A DNA stretch of 63,611 nucleotides, filler included, from Hausera hauseri (taxonomy: Eukaryota): assembly GCA_046269625.1 (NCBI GenBank). It is 11 parts of 11 records of this genome, joined end to end, with 100 filler letters (N's around TTAATTAATTAA, not from the genome) between each part and the next. Parts side by side here need not be neighbours in the genome. Positions count along the whole stretch, not along the records: positions 57,992 to 63,611 come from JBJURY010219520.1; 10 more parts are not named here. The stretch is one strand, 5' to 3'. Below, piece by piece: positions 62,601 to 63,611 of this stretch. The translations under genes and the position numbers were made by a program. Position 1 is the stretch's first letter, and every line of letters begins with the position of its first letter. The notes beneath the pieces are model-generated. The model ran no database searches. It had not been told where the DNA came from and was given only the letters and a program-made list of their open reading frames with translations.

Positions 62601-63611
62601 CACAATGACTTCTGATAGTACGATCAGAAATAATGACGACGCAGGGCTGTAAAACCTATGAAACAAAAATGAGAAACCAACGCTGTTAGACAATCGCCGA
62701 AGGGGAAGAAATTGCTCCCCCGTCAAATAATAATGCAGTATGCGCAAGAGAACGTGCAGCACCATGCAACTTCCCGACAAAAATCTGGGAAACGAGAGGA
62801 TATGAATAATTCATTGAAAATATTCAGAACACAGCCAACACAGATTGTCTGTTTAGAATTTCTCAGTAACTGCGGGATCATCCGCGTCGCTTCGTCCATT
62901 GGCAGCATTTGTAAATAGATAGAAGTAGTGTTCTATTACACAATTTTAGGTAGTGACGAGACTTCCCTCAAAATCATTGCATGTAAATCATCATATTAAA
63001 CGCAAAGGCCATCATGACAAACAGCGGCGCAGCGGCCGTATGTCTTCAAAAGTCGTAGTCTTGATCAAAGGATAAGTTTCATCGTGCAACATACCAACAT
63101 TACAATGATGCGGATGTGCATCTTACAACTCATAGACAAATTCAGAACACCTAAATACTTATACCGTTTCATAACAATATGCGCGCATAATGGGCGGCAC
63201 CAACGCACGCATGCATCAGTTATTTTGCATTAATAGTCTTTCGAGAAGTTTATTGACCTGTTTCTTTTTCAAATGTTTGGTTGAAATGGCTGTGTCAAAA
63301 ATGATTACACGCTATCAGTGCTTGTGCGGAAGATGTTTCTTCATTGACGACCCGCTGCCTCTGGGGTCTAGCACCGGCCCTCTTTCTCTCTGTTGGAATC
63401 AAGCGACCTGCGTTTCCAACAAAACGGGCTTCCGCTGCACTGCTTGATATATCGAGCAGAAAGCAGACGTTCGATGCCAACAGACTCCAATATTCAATGA
63501 AGGGTTTGCATTCTTGTGCGTCAAAACTCTGAAATAAATTGGAGACAATAGTAATGTTTATCTTTTCAACAAGCTACTACGGTACAATGTAAAGAGTTTC
63601 CTTGTACATGA

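Overview
The window is not a contiguous locus. It is 11 short contigs (about 4-7 kb) joined by ten identical 100-bp spacers (N44-TTAATTAATTAA-N44), so adjacency across spacers is meaningless. Most contigs are AT-rich DNA of an invertebrate animal. HSP90 sequence, ~50-nt introns and CsRn1-clade Gypsy elements suggest a flatworm-like organism (inference). These contigs are dominated by decayed mobile elements: piggyBac, mariner, a DD41D Tc1/mariner, several Gypsy LTR retrotransposons and two copies of a Polinton/Maverick (adintovirus-like) element with two tandem penton genes. Host-type sequences are an intact cytosolic HSP90, a tandem-RING gene, one exon of a secreted/Cache-like protein, a damaged PPM1A/B gene, and disabled TUBGCP6 and CAND1 copies. 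One contig (32730-37750; tRNA-Val repeat plus a tandem HIPK-like kinase) looks like teleost DNA, possibly host contamination. Two observations stand out. (1) A CsRn1-clade Gypsy Gag carries an in-frame N-terminal ubiquitin-like domain ending in LRGG, a candidate site for cleavage by host deubiquitinases. (2) An FN3-transmembrane ORF ends in UGA-CGG plus a hairpin and stays open in frame into a catalytically degenerate DEDDh exonuclease-fold ORF. All homology calls are from motif recognition by eye; no searches were run.
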